A stretch of DNA of 46,868 nucleotides, from contig DATDXA010000003.1 of assembly GCA_035289485.1 (NCBI GenBank), positions 1 to 46,868 on the forward strand, in the 5' to 3' direction. Position 1 is the first letter of the stretch; each line of letters starts with the position of its first letter. The stretch is from an archaeon (GTDB lineage Archaea; Iainarchaeota; Iainarchaeia; Iainarchaeales; Iainarchaeaceae). Below the pieces are notes generated by a model. It saw only the letters and a program-made list of their open reading frames with translations. It was not told where the DNA came from and ran no database searches. A program made the translations under genes and the position numbers. Shown here in pieces: positions 1 to 9,753 of the stretch.

Positions 1-762
1 GCAACCCCGATGTATTTCAACAGCTACGGGCTGCAGTTTGACCCGGGCAACGCGAGCAACACGCCGCAGACAAAGCAAAAGAACAATGCGATAAATTCGC
101 AGCCGCTTTCATATGGCTTCGTGAATTCTTACACGAACGGGACGGAAAAAGGGAGGATTGTTTCAATAACGGGGGCGGGGGCAATCACGTACTCGCCATC
201 CGACCCCATGAAGGTTTCAATCACGCTAAAAAACATCAGGGACACGGCATCGGCGGCGCTCTTTGACTACCAGATAGGCAATGTGAACTCCCCGCTTGAA
301 GTGTCCTGGAAGATTGACATGGCATCGGGCAGCCAGGCATCTGCTGTGAAAACTGGCAAGCTCTCGGTGTCCGAAGTGTGCCCCGATGTTGCCAATGCAT
401 CCGATGTCAAGCACGACAGCGTGAAGATTGAGGCAAAGCAGGGAGATGCGACGGCGCAGGCGCTCGTCTATTCGCCGCAGTCAAGGGGCGCGAAACTGCA
501 GTTCGTGCTGCTGCCGTGCCGCAGTGCGGGCGGAGATTCTGCGGGGGCTTCATACGCGCCTGACAACACCCCGGTTTCATCAGTCCCAATAGTCGGGAGC
601 AGGGAGCTCACGCTGCAAAAGGACGGCACCGATGCCTACACCTATAACCTCAAGAGCATTCTCCAGAAAGTGCGCGGAAACGGGCAGGTGTGCATAATCC
701 CGACCGCAGGAAACGGCATTGACCTCTACTGGAATGATGGCGCACTCCTGAATGGTTCCTGA
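1..762 (+). CDS. C-terminal part (5'-truncated by window edge) of a further giant surface-protein paralog
   Basis: Frame is open from base 1. The C-terminus LKSILQKVRGNGQVCIIPTAGNGIDLYWND aligns with the ends of the three giant proteins (MQDVFNLVQDGYMCVSG..EFFWNP; IEDAFRMVENRQACIT..KIWWNP; ISDVFGLVQNEKVCVV..QFFWNP). Confidence 0.7.
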   Translation, partial: ATPMYFNSYGLQFDPGNASNTPQTKQKNNAINSQPLSYGFVNSYTNGTEKGRIVSITGAGAITYSPSDPMKVSITLKNIRDTASAALFDYQIGNVNSPLEVSWKIDMASGSQASAVKTGKLSVSEVCPDVANASDVKHDSVKIEAKQGDATAQALVYSPQSRGAKLQFVLLPCRSAGGDSAGASYAPDNTPVSSVPIVGSRELTLQKDGTDAYTYNLKSILQKVRGNGQVCIIPTAGNGIDLYWNDGALLNGS

Positions 763-774
763 AGTGAAACTGAA

Positions 775-1275
775 ATGACCCAGGTCAAAGCAACTTATGC
801 GTTCGGCGCAGTGATGTATTTTCTCGGTTTTGCAGCTGTCAATTCAGTACTAAGCCCGCTCAGGTTCAGCGGGAATTTCCATCCCGCGCTCGAGCTTTCG
901 GTCATTGCTCTCGGTGTTTTTTTCCTCTCGGCGCTCTATTACGGAAGATTTTACTATCTGCCACTGCTCGCCTGCGGGCTGTACTTTGGTGGATTGTTTG
1001 CAGGCCAGCCATTTTACTCTGTTTTTGCGCTTGCGCCGCTTCTGTATGCGATGGCTTCGGGCGCGCAAATGGGGCAGCTTGCATACGAGGACTTCAGGGG
1101 AAAAACTAATCTTTTTGAAAAGGGCACGCACTTTGCGGCAAACGCGGTGTGGGCAATTGTGATATCAGTTATAATTGGCCTGCTTCTTGGCGGGCTTGGT
1201 TTTGAAGACCTTCCAAGCATCGGGCTTGATTTGAGCGCACTTGAGGATTTCATAAGTAGCCTTACAATACAATAA
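775..1275 (+). CDS. Hypothetical polytopic membrane protein (about 4-5 TM)
   Basis: 166-aa ORF with several hydrophobic segments, starting 12 nt after the upstream stop. Confidence 0.8.
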   Translation: MTQVKATYAFGAVMYFLGFAAVNSVLSPLRFSGNFHPALELSVIALGVFFLSALYYGRFYYLPLLACGLYFGGLFAGQPFYSVFALAPLLYAMASGAQMGQLAYEDFRGKTNLFEKGTHFAANAVWAIVISVIIGLLLGGLGFEDLPSIGLDLSALEDFISSLTIQ

Positions 1276-1357
1276 TATGGCCGCCAATTTTTGGCTTTTT
1301 TGGGCAATGAAATATAGGCAAAACACCGCCAAATCGGCACAAAGGGCGTTTTGCACC

Positions 1358-1374
1358 AAGAATAAACTTATAAA
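1358..1374 (+). promoter_or_regulatory. Putative archaeal BRE/TATA promoter of giant protein 1
   Basis: Purine-rich AAGAATAAA followed by CTTATAAA about 45 nt before the TTG start; SD-like GGTGAT at 1408-1413. Confidence 0.4.
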
Positions 1375-1416
1375 GCAAGTGAGCAATAGATATTATTACG
1401 GTTAATCGGTGATTCT

Positions 1417-4400
1417 TTGGGCGTTTTTGACGGAATAAAGGGATTTTATTTCAAGCTTGAGGAGAAATACTATGATTTCCTTGATAGCGTCAATGCGCAC
1501 GTTCCAATTTATGAAATAATAGACCCTATTGACAAGGTAGTCCCAAGTTTTCTTCTTTTCATTGCGCTTTTTTTGGCGGCGGCAGGGCTTGTGCTGGCGG
1601 GAGTTTTCGGGCTCGGGGGACTCGGAAATGACACGCTCACTATTTCGGTGCAGGACTCTGACGCTAACCCCATTTCCGACGCGACAGTTACATTTTCACG
1701 CGATGATTCCGTGGTTTCAAGCGTGCAGACAGATGCACTCGGGATAGCCGTGCTTGCAGGAGTGAAGCAGGATGAGAGCATTGAGGTGGTTGCGGAAAAG
1801 GACAGCTATCTTTCCTCGTCAAAAACCATTATCATCGCTTCGCTGCCCGCTGCGGAAAATATCCTTCTCGACCTTGCATCGCAGGCATCTTCAGAGAGGA
1901 CAATAAGGCTTCTTGATGAGCTTGGCCAGCCTGTTTCCGGCTCTTTCACATTAAGATTCAAGTGCTCAAACCCATATGCACCTGCAATAGCCGATGTTTT
2001 GCTCTCAGGCCAAGACAGGGGCGTTGCACGGGTAAATATGCCAGGCAACTGCGAAAGGCTCTCTGTTGATGTGCTGGATGGCGGAACGCACAGCGACATT
2101 TATGGGCAGGTTGTAAGCGGCGAAGACCAGGCGATTTACCTTGAGGCCGAGGAAACTGGCGATGCGAAAATAGTCGTGAATGTCTCGGACGCTTCTGGGA
2201 ACGCGCTGAGCGGGATTGAAGTGCAGCTATACAAATACAGCGAACTTATAGACAACCCAAATGTCGGGCCGATTGATGTCGCATATACTTCAGGAGGACA
2301 GGCAACTTTCACAAAATCCCCAGGGAGCTACGCTGTAAAGGCATATGACAGCCAGGGGCAATTCGGCGACAAAGTATCGGGAAAGATTACTGCAGTTGCG
2401 GCTCAGAGCGCGACCGTGAATTTGGCGCTTGCAGAGGACATAAAGGGCAAGGTACTTGTGAAGGTCATTGACAAGAGAAGCGGGGCGGCAATACACAGTG
2501 CCCAGGTGAGCCTGTTTTATGCGGCGGCAACTTCGAAAGACGCGCCGATAAACACGGTTCCAACTGCGGCTGATGGCACAGCGGGAATCAATGTGAGCAG
2601 GGACTCCGAATTCAAGGCGATTGTATCCGCAAGCGAATACCAGTCGGTGACAATCGGCGGCTTGCGAATCGGGACAACGGCGGCAACAGTTCAGCTTGAG
2701 AAGTGCACGCCCTCAACATGCGGATTGCTAAAAGTCAAGGTGGTGGACCAGGACGGCAGCCCGATTGACGGGGCAATTGTAACTCTTTACAACGCCTCGA
2801 CGAATTTCCAGGCAAATTATGCTGGCAGGACAGCGGACATCAACGGGCTTGCAAAGTTTTCTGGAATAAGCAACGGCAATTACTACGCGTTCGCGTTCAA
2901 GGAAGGGTTCTCTGGAAGGAGCGATGCGGGATATTTTAGCAGCGACCAGAACAAATCGGATGCGCAGAACCTCACGGTCACAATGAATGTTGATGACGGC
3001 ATTGCCGCGGTGAAGGTGCGGGACACCGATGGCAGGCCGATTGCCTTCGCAACAATCGGGCTTTTTGATGCGAGGACGAATGCGCTTGTCGGAAGGGACC
3101 TGACCGATTCGAACGGTTCAAAGGAATTCTCGCTCAAGGCGAACAGGAAAATATATGTTGTGGTCAGCAAGCAAGACGAGCAGGTTTATGCGAACTACAT
3201 CAGCGCAAAGAGGGCAATGATTCCGTCCGGAGTGCAGCAGTTCGATGTCACGCTTGAAAAGCCGATACTTAGCGGCGAAATATCGATGGAGTTCCTCGGC
3301 ATGCACTCGGCCGATGGAAAAAGGGCGGAGAATCTAAAGGCCGGCGACACTTACAGGGCAAGGTTCAAGGTGCGCGTGCCTGAAGAGAAGGATTATGGGT
3401 CAATGGGCGTTCATGTGAGGGCCGGAAGCGATGTGCTCATGGAAAAGGACGCGCTTTTCATAAAGGAAGTAAATGCGCCGCGCACTTCGCAGGTGCGCGC
3501 AACAAGATTTGAGGATGAGAGAGGCGGGCTTGATGAGGGCGATTATGACCTTACAATCGGCGATGCAAAGTGGGCGAACCTTACATGGAGCAGCACCTCC
3601 GCGGGCATTTACGAGGTGGAGGCGGAAATAGGGGTGCGCGAATCGGCATCAATTGGGGACAAGCTTTTCCTCAATTACAGGACATGGGGAGAATACAGAG
3701 ACGGCAAAAGGGACAGGTTCCCAAAGGATGATACGGTTACTAAGGAGCTCTACAGCAACACAAAGCAGGAAGTTTTCCAGGTGGGCGTTGTGACGCTCTG
3801 TGATGAGGACTTCTGCTTTACGGCAACCGTAACGGACAACCGCAATGACCTTATAGAGTCGGTGCAGGACACATACAACGCCAAGGTGTTCAACCCCTAC
3901 AGGCTGCAATTTATAATCACGAACAATTCTGAAACGCGCATACACAACAGCGCAAATCTGAGGATTGGCAACGCCGATGAGAGCCTCAAGTTCTTTGATT
4001 ACAAGATTACCGATGCGGAAACGCAGCCAACAAGCGGGACACTCAACGGCTTTGAGTTCCCAAGGCTCAATGTCGGGGACCTGCGGCCCAAGAACTCCGT
4101 GAGGTTCGAATCCGAGTTCACGCCGCAAAAGTCCATAAGCGGGATACTCAATGTAAGGCTTGTCTCGGACCAGGACATAGTGTTTGAAAAGAACATCACG
4201 GTAATTATCGCGGCGCCAAAAGAGCTGGATGTGCAGATTGAACCGAGCGTATTCCTCTCAGGCATTGAAAATGACATCAGCGTGATTGTAACTGACAAGG
4301 CAAACGGCCTTGAAATCGAGGGCGCAATCGTGAGGGTCAAGGACGGCCACAAGAACGTGCTTGATTATGATGTTACCGGAAAGGACGGCAATTCGATGCT

Positions 4401-7400
4401 CACTCTGCCTGGCCAGAAGCCCGGAAAGAAGCTCTATCTCGAAATCGAGAAGACGGATTATAATGTGAAATTAATCGAGCTCGCCGTAAGCGACCGGCTG
4501 CTTGAAATTACGCCCTCTCAGATTGGCGTTAGCGTAAACACAAAAAACAAGCAGCAGTCCGAGGACAAGATCACGCTCCGAAACGTCGCGCCATACCCGC
4601 TTAAAATCACGGACATAAGGCTCACGGGAGATTTCAAAAAGCTGCTTGATACCGCGCGCATAAGGAACTGGCTTGAGAGCTCCTATCGGGAAATGGTAAT
4701 AGAGCCGGATGAAAAGAAGGATGTGACGCTGAAAACTTTCCTCTCGCAAGATGCGCTCGCGCTCTCAAACAGGGCAACGCTTGAGGGAACGCTTGTAATT
4801 GTTGCAACCAACTTCGGGCAGGAGTGGGTGTTCAATGTCCCTGCAAAGATTGCGGTTGGATTAGGAGATGAGGTTGATGACCCCACATGCCTTGTGGTAA
4901 CAAAGGGCGAGTGGACAACGAGCACTTCAGGAACACCCAAAAGAACCGAGTTCCAGATACAGAACAACTGCACAGTTGGAAAAAGGCCCGTGGCGCTGCA
5001 AAACCTTGAGGCGAAAATCGGCTGGAAGACCAATCAGCTAGGAGAGTACACGCTAAACATAGGGCCAGATGAGGTAACATTAAGGCCGGGATATTACAGG
5101 ATACTTTTAGGGACGCTAAAGCCCGAGCAGTCGCTTACCGCAATACTCACATTCACGCCCTTTGGCGGGGTGAGCGGGGCTGGCGAAGCGGACATCGTGA
5201 TACAGGCAACGAACCCACTAGAGGATGAGGACCAGGCGCTTTCGAACACAATAAAGACAAAAATCACTTCCGTTAATTTGAAGCAGTGCCTCAGCTATGA
5301 CAAGGAAAGGCTTTCGGTGAACCAAAACGAGAGCGGCGCGGTTACAATCACCGCAACAGAGGTGTGCGGAGAGGGCGTTGACTTTGAAATAAAGAGCGAT
5401 CTTATGACCACGCCAAGGAGCGAATTCACATTGCAGCCGGGGCAGAGCCAGGTAGTGCAGATTTTCGCGGAGAAAAACTATCCGGGGCAGTACGCGCTTT
5501 TCATAGAGCCAAAGTTCGCCTCGGATAAAAAAGAGCAGCTTGTAAAGAACATCCGCGTGATTGTGAACGCGCCAGGGTGCTGGCAGCTAAGCAAGTACGA
5601 GTTTGATGTTTTTGATGACAAAAGAAATGAGTTCGATGGGCTTGACAGCGCGGATTTGACAAACAATTGTGTGCAGCGGCCTGTGACAGTGAAGGTTAAT
5701 GCCAAGGACTGGATGGATGCCGCGCAGGACGGGCTTTTCTGGGGATTGGGTTCGATGGCGGCTGTGATGCTCACAAACTATGGCAAGGGAGATTATGACA
5801 TCTGGGGCAACACAAGGGGAACTGTTTCACTTGGCCAGGTGCAATATAGCAAGAATGCCACCGGAGATTGGATTGGGCCTGATGGGCAGAAGGTTACTGA
5901 CGCATCGCTCAAGAGCACGCTTAATGCAAAGCAGAGCGGAACAGCAACGCCTTTTTCTTCGGCGGTTGTGAACGGAAAGACAGCATACAAAAACAGTTCC
6001 GGGCAGTGGTATGACCAGTCCGGGGTAGAAATCAAGGACGATTCGCAAAAGCAGGCTTATGAGAACGCCCTCAAAAAGGCACCCGTGATGGAAACGGTAA
6101 CTGTTCCAAATCCGGAAACCATTGCGCCTGTAAGGGACAGTACGCAGTCAACTGCGGCGCCACAGGTGAGTGCCCAAGCACAGGCAGAGATTAATTCACT
6201 GAAATTACAGCTAGCGGAAGCGCAGGCAAAGCTTAAAGCCGTGGGAGCAGCGGCTTCAAATGCGCAGCTGCAGCAGTCCAAGGACCTGCAAAGCCAACTC
6301 GTGCAGAAACGGCTTGAGATTGGGTCTGGATTGAAAATAACGCCGCCTGACCAAGTGACAAGTACTGACATTGTAACACCAGGAATTCCGGTACAGCAAA
6401 CTCCGGAGCCGACATCGGTTGACATCCCAATAGAAGCGGCAGATGAGGTCGTGGTATACGGCAGCGGATTATATTACATAAAATCCAATGGCAGGGTCGT
6501 GGATTACTGGCTTGGCACTGAAGTTGACCAAAGCACAGCCATCGAAGTCATCAATACATCATTGCGCAATGCCGAGAAACCTGCAGGCCCAGTCGGCATC
6601 ACCGGCCAAGCGGTCCTCCCATCAGCCCAAGGACTTGCGCCATACACCGCTGGCAGCCAGCAGCAGAGCGGCGCTACGAGCGGAATCTTTGGAGGCCTTG
6701 CCCAGGGAGCTGGCAACTCGCTTAGCGGCAACCTGCTAAGCGGCGGTGGGGGCATTGTAAGGGGCCTTCTTGGCTCTAACCCATGGGTCGGCGGGCTTAC
6801 AGGCTTTGTTGTCGGAACCGCGATTTCATACTTCGGGCAGGAAAAGGAAGTAACATTTACCGTGCTGCAAAAGGACACAGAGATAAAGAGCGTAAGAGTG
6901 ATACAGGGCTCGGGCCCGGCTGAAAAGGATGACAAGGACATAGCCATTACAGTGCAGGGAATCGGCGGCAAGAAGGGAGATACGGCGCCAACGGTTGCGC
7001 AGCCGCTTGCAAACACCCCAGATTTGATTTCACAGGGAATTGAAAACATCAAGCTTACGTTCCAGAACGCGAGCGGGTTCACTACAAGCGAGGAGCAGCC
7101 AAAGACGCCCGCGCCAAACCTCAAGGTGGCGGGAGTGAGGCACAACTACAAGGACAGGGTTTATGACAAGAAGGATTTCGTCACGGAAACGGGCGGATTT
7201 TTGGGATTCTTTGACCAGCCCCTCATTGACAAGGGAAAAACAAAGCTCGATGAGGAAGCGGAACAGAAGCTTGAGCAGCAGTACAGGCTCGAATTCAATT
7301 CAATCCCGCCCACGGTTGAAACCAGCCAGCCGCTCGGGCTTCTCAATTGCCAGGACGGCACAAGGACAGGGAGCACGGGTTCTGATGCGCTTCCTAAGGT

Positions 7401-9234
7401 GAAGCTTGGCTGGTCTTGGGCGGAAATAAGGGAGGACACATGCAACGAGAGCAACGAAAACGGCGTTTATTGTGATGCAACGCAGCTCAGCATCTCGCTC
7501 CTGCGAAAAGTAGATGCAATAAGCAAATATGTCTCGCAGAATGGCGGCCAGTTCACCTGCCCATCGCCTTTAGAGGATGAGGCGGCGGAGAACAACATAG
7601 GAAGCTTTGATATCGGCGTTGAAAGCGTCTCAGCTGTGAAGAAAGGCAATGACATTGAAATAGTTGCGAATATAAAGAACACGAACCCGGGGATAATTTC
7701 AGGAACAGTTGCAATCAGGGCAAAGGCGGCACAGGGAGGCGCGGAAATCGCGTGCCAGACACCGAGCCAGAACATCACCGTTGCGGCTGGCGGGCAAACG
7801 GAGGTTTCATGCACATTCGCAGGACTTCCGCAAGGGTTCTATAGCGCGTCTGCTGCGCTCACTCCAAGCGTCTCATGCCCCAACTGCCAGGACATTGCGG
7901 CAACGAATTCGCTTTCAAGAAACTTCTTTGCAGGAACAACCGGCCTGCAGCAGTGCTCGCCATACAGCACAACGAGACTCAGTGACTTTTTGAGGGCATC
8001 CGGGATGAAAAACGATGCGGTGCTTGCGATGACCAAGTTCAACGCGCTTCTGATGGTGGATGGATATGGAGCCGATTTCCAGCGTGATTTCGATGTTGCG
8101 CAAAAGCAGGCGTTCTTCTCGGCGCCAGACATGTACACAAATCCAACCATTGGCCTTGGAAATTATTTCAAGGACACAAAGCTCTGGAGCTTTGACGCTT
8201 ACAGCCAGCCGGATTTCACGCTCCCGGGCCCGGGAACTTACAGCATTTCAGCTGACATCACATACAATGACAACACATGGCAGTTGTACGATTCGAAGGG
8301 CAACCCGAACGCGAAGATAACAATCACCATGGAGAAGCTGCACGGCGCAGAGCCAGACAGCCCATTCTACTACGTGCCATTTGACGGGCTAGTAGGGCAG
8401 GATAGCGGAAGAGTAGGGTACGGAGTGAACTTTGCGGGAGATAGCATACTAATAGACAATAGCCAGACCCCTATCAGGACAGTGGAGATTTCGGGCTCCT
8501 CGCCAATCAATGATGGAGTGCTTTCTGTCACTAAGAGCGAGAGCTTCAAATCAATGCAGGTTGATGAGAGGGGAGTTGTTGCAAAGCTATCAAGGCAGGG
8601 AGGAAGCCCAACGCTGCTATTCCAGCCATCGAATGCGACACCCGTGATATTGCAGATTACGAAAAAGACAGGAGAGGACGCTTATGCGATTTACGAGCCT
8701 GCGGTTGATGGCGATGCTGTTGATGTGGGCCCGCAGCTTGCGCAGTGGAACGGAATCGGGGCGAGCTGCAGGGCATTTGATGATTCGGTAATGAGCCAGC
8801 AGCAGTTCGTTCCTGACACCCACGGGCTTAGCACAAGATGCGCGCTTGTGGGCCCGAACCAGAGGAGCAAGTACGCGCTTGAGTTCTGCGGCAACATGAT
8901 CAATTACGGGACTGTTTCATATGAAACGGTGTTCTACACCCCGCAAGAATCTGACAGTTATTTGCAGCTAACGGATGTTGCATCGGACGATGCCGTGCTT
9001 GTGAGCGCTTCTAGCACGGCAAAGAAGGTGCCGCTAAACGGCAACGGAGCAACGGATGATATCAGCTCGATGCAGGATGTTTTCAATCTGGTGCAGGACG
9101 GCTATATGTGCGTTTCGGGAACGAATTTGAATGCAGAGTTCTTCTGGAACCCCAAGAAGGTCTTTGAAACATTCCAGGGCAAGGAAGAGGCTGCTCTGGA
9201 TGCGTGCATACAGGCGACGAACAGGCGAGGTTGA
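1417..9234 (+). CDS. Giant membrane-anchored surface protein 1 (2605 aa) with carboxypeptidase-regulatory-like/Ig-like beta repeats and Cys-rich conserved C-terminal half
   Basis: N-terminal TM (FLLFIALFLAAAGLVLAGVFG); repeated 'V.V.D..G.PI..A.V.L....TD..G.A.F' units; motifs CTPSTCG, AKWA, CDEDFC, GSTGSDALPKV, YCDATQ, SPFYYVPFDG, WNP shared with proteins 2 and 3. Confidence 0.9.
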   Translation: MGVFDGIKGFYFKLEEKYYDFLDSVNAHVPIYEIIDPIDKVVPSFLLFIALFLAAAGLVLAGVFGLGGLGNDTLTISVQDSDANPISDATVTFSRDDSVVSSVQTDALGIAVLAGVKQDESIEVVAEKDSYLSSSKTIIIASLPAAENILLDLASQASSERTIRLLDELGQPVSGSFTLRFKCSNPYAPAIADVLLSGQDRGVARVNMPGNCERLSVDVLDGGTHSDIYGQVVSGEDQAIYLEAEETGDAKIVVNVSDASGNALSGIEVQLYKYSELIDNPNVGPIDVAYTSGGQATFTKSPGSYAVKAYDSQGQFGDKVSGKITAVAAQSATVNLALAEDIKGKVLVKVIDKRSGAAIHSAQVSLFYAAATSKDAPINTVPTAADGTAGINVSRDSEFKAIVSASEYQSVTIGGLRIGTTAATVQLEKCTPSTCGLLKVKVVDQDGSPIDGAIVTLYNASTNFQANYAGRTADINGLAKFSGISNGNYYAFAFKEGFSGRSDAGYFSSDQNKSDAQNLTVTMNVDDGIAAVKVRDTDGRPIAFATIGLFDARTNALVGRDLTDSNGSKEFSLKANRKIYVVVSKQDEQVYANYISAKRAMIPSGVQQFDVTLEKPILSGEISMEFLGMHSADGKRAENLKAGDTYRARFKVRVPEEKDYGSMGVHVRAGSDVLMEKDALFIKEVNAPRTSQVRATRFEDERGGLDEGDYDLTIGDAKWANLTWSSTSAGIYEVEAEIGVRESASIGDKLFLNYRTWGEYRDGKRDRFPKDDTVTKELYSNTKQEVFQVGVVTLCDEDFCFTATVTDNRNDLIESVQDTYNAKVFNPYRLQFIITNNSETRIHNSANLRIGNADESLKFFDYKITDAETQPTSGTLNGFEFPRLNVGDLRPKNSVRFESEFTPQKSISGILNVRLVSDQDIVFEKNITVIIAAPKELDVQIEPSVFLSGIENDISVIVTDKANGLEIEGAIVRVKDGHKNVLDYDVTGKDGNSMLTLPGQKPGKKLYLEIEKTDYNVKLIELAVSDRLLEITPSQIGVSVNTKNKQQSEDKITLRNVAPYPLKITDIRLTGDFKKLLDTARIRNWLESSYREMVIEPDEKKDVTLKTFLSQDALALSNRATLEGTLVIVATNFGQEWVFNVPAKIAVGLGDEVDDPTCLVVTKGEWTTSTSGTPKRTEFQIQNNCTVGKRPVALQNLEAKIGWKTNQLGEYTLNIGPDEVTLRPGYYRILLGTLKPEQSLTAILTFTPFGGVSGAGEADIVIQATNPLEDEDQALSNTIKTKITSVNLKQCLSYDKERLSVNQNESGAVTITATEVCGEGVDFEIKSDLMTTPRSEFTLQPGQSQVVQIFAEKNYPGQYALFIEPKFASDKKEQLVKNIRVIVNAPGCWQLSKYEFDVFDDKRNEFDGLDSADLTNNCVQRPVTVKVNAKDWMDAAQDGLFWGLGSMAAVMLTNYGKGDYDIWGNTRGTVSLGQVQYSKNATGDWIGPDGQKVTDASLKSTLNAKQSGTATPFSSAVVNGKTAYKNSSGQWYDQSGVEIKDDSQKQAYENALKKAPVMETVTVPNPETIAPVRDSTQSTAAPQVSAQAQAEINSLKLQLAEAQAKLKAVGAAASNAQLQQSKDLQSQLVQKRLEIGSGLKITPPDQVTSTDIVTPGIPVQQTPEPTSVDIPIEAADEVVVYGSGLYYIKSNGRVVDYWLGTEVDQSTAIEVINTSLRNAEKPAGPVGITGQAVLPSAQGLAPYTAGSQQQSGATSGIFGGLAQGAGNSLSGNLLSGGGGIVRGLLGSNPWVGGLTGFVVGTAISYFGQEKEVTFTVLQKDTEIKSVRVIQGSGPAEKDDKDIAITVQGIGGKKGDTAPTVAQPLANTPDLISQGIENIKLTFQNASGFTTSEEQPKTPAPNLKVAGVRHNYKDRVYDKKDFVTETGGFLGFFDQPLIDKGKTKLDEEAEQKLEQQYRLEFNSIPPTVETSQPLGLLNCQDGTRTGSTGSDALPKVKLGWSWAEIREDTCNESNENGVYCDATQLSISLLRKVDAISKYVSQNGGQFTCPSPLEDEAAENNIGSFDIGVESVSAVKKGNDIEIVANIKNTNPGIISGTVAIRAKAAQGGAEIACQTPSQNITVAAGGQTEVSCTFAGLPQGFYSASAALTPSVSCPNCQDIAATNSLSRNFFAGTTGLQQCSPYSTTRLSDFLRASGMKNDAVLAMTKFNALLMVDGYGADFQRDFDVAQKQAFFSAPDMYTNPTIGLGNYFKDTKLWSFDAYSQPDFTLPGPGTYSISADITYNDNTWQLYDSKGNPNAKITITMEKLHGAEPDSPFYYVPFDGLVGQDSGRVGYGVNFAGDSILIDNSQTPIRTVEISGSSPINDGVLSVTKSESFKSMQVDERGVVAKLSRQGGSPTLLFQPSNATPVILQITKKTGEDAYAIYEPAVDGDAVDVGPQLAQWNGIGASCRAFDDSVMSQQQFVPDTHGLSTRCALVGPNQRSKYALEFCGNMINYGTVSYETVFYTPQESDSYLQLTDVASDDAVLVSASSTAKKVPLNGNGATDDISSMQDVFNLVQDGYMCVSGTNLNAEFFWNPKKVFETFQGKEEAALDACIQATNRRG

Positions 9235-9236
9235 TT

Positions 9237-9584
9237 ATGCGCAAATATGACCCTAGTGCCGGCAGGGTACGCAGGGAAAGAAGGCCATCTTCAGGCTCGT
9301 GGGCTCCGCGTGGCAATGCTGAGGAACTTGCAAAAAGGCTTGCAAAGATTGTGGCAGCAGGCACAAAAAAACCCGGACCGCACACAAATAGAAAGCTCTG
9401 GGCGCCAGATGATATTTTAAGAAGGACCAAAGCTACAGCAGAACAAAATTCCAGAAGTAGAAGAGGCCCACAAACAGCACTCGCGGTGTTGCAGGATGAA
9501 TGGAAAAGGGAGCACACCGTTAACACACGCATTAGCCTTGGCAGGTCTGCAAAAAGAGAATGGTTGGCCCCCGCAAAAAAATAG
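9237..9584 (+). CDS. Small Arg/Lys-rich hypothetical protein (115 aa)
   Basis: ATG at 9237, 2 nt after the giant-1 stop, preceded by SD-like GAGGTTGAT; fills most of the gap between giants 1 and 2. Confidence 0.45.
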   Translation: MRKYDPSAGRVRRERRPSSGSWAPRGNAEELAKRLAKIVAAGTKKPGPHTNRKLWAPDDILRRTKATAEQNSRSRRGPQTALAVLQDEWKREHTVNTRISLGRSAKREWLAPAKK

Positions 9585-9753
9585 CAGTAACCGGAGGGAA
9601 AATAGCGGGAGATACGCTAAAGAAACTGGAACTGGAGTCTGAGGAATGCGTCGCGGCGCCACAAAATTATTTAGATGAGCCTGAAGCCACAAAAAGGAAA
9701 AAGCTGGGTTCAAAAAAGTTTAATAACCGCCAAACTGTAGTATTAGCGGTATT

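Noticed and set aside
9704-9714. CTGGGTTCAAA identical to part of the tRNA-Arg T arm (possible att remnant)
   Set aside because: Only 11 nt, does not extend, and no integrase is present in the window.
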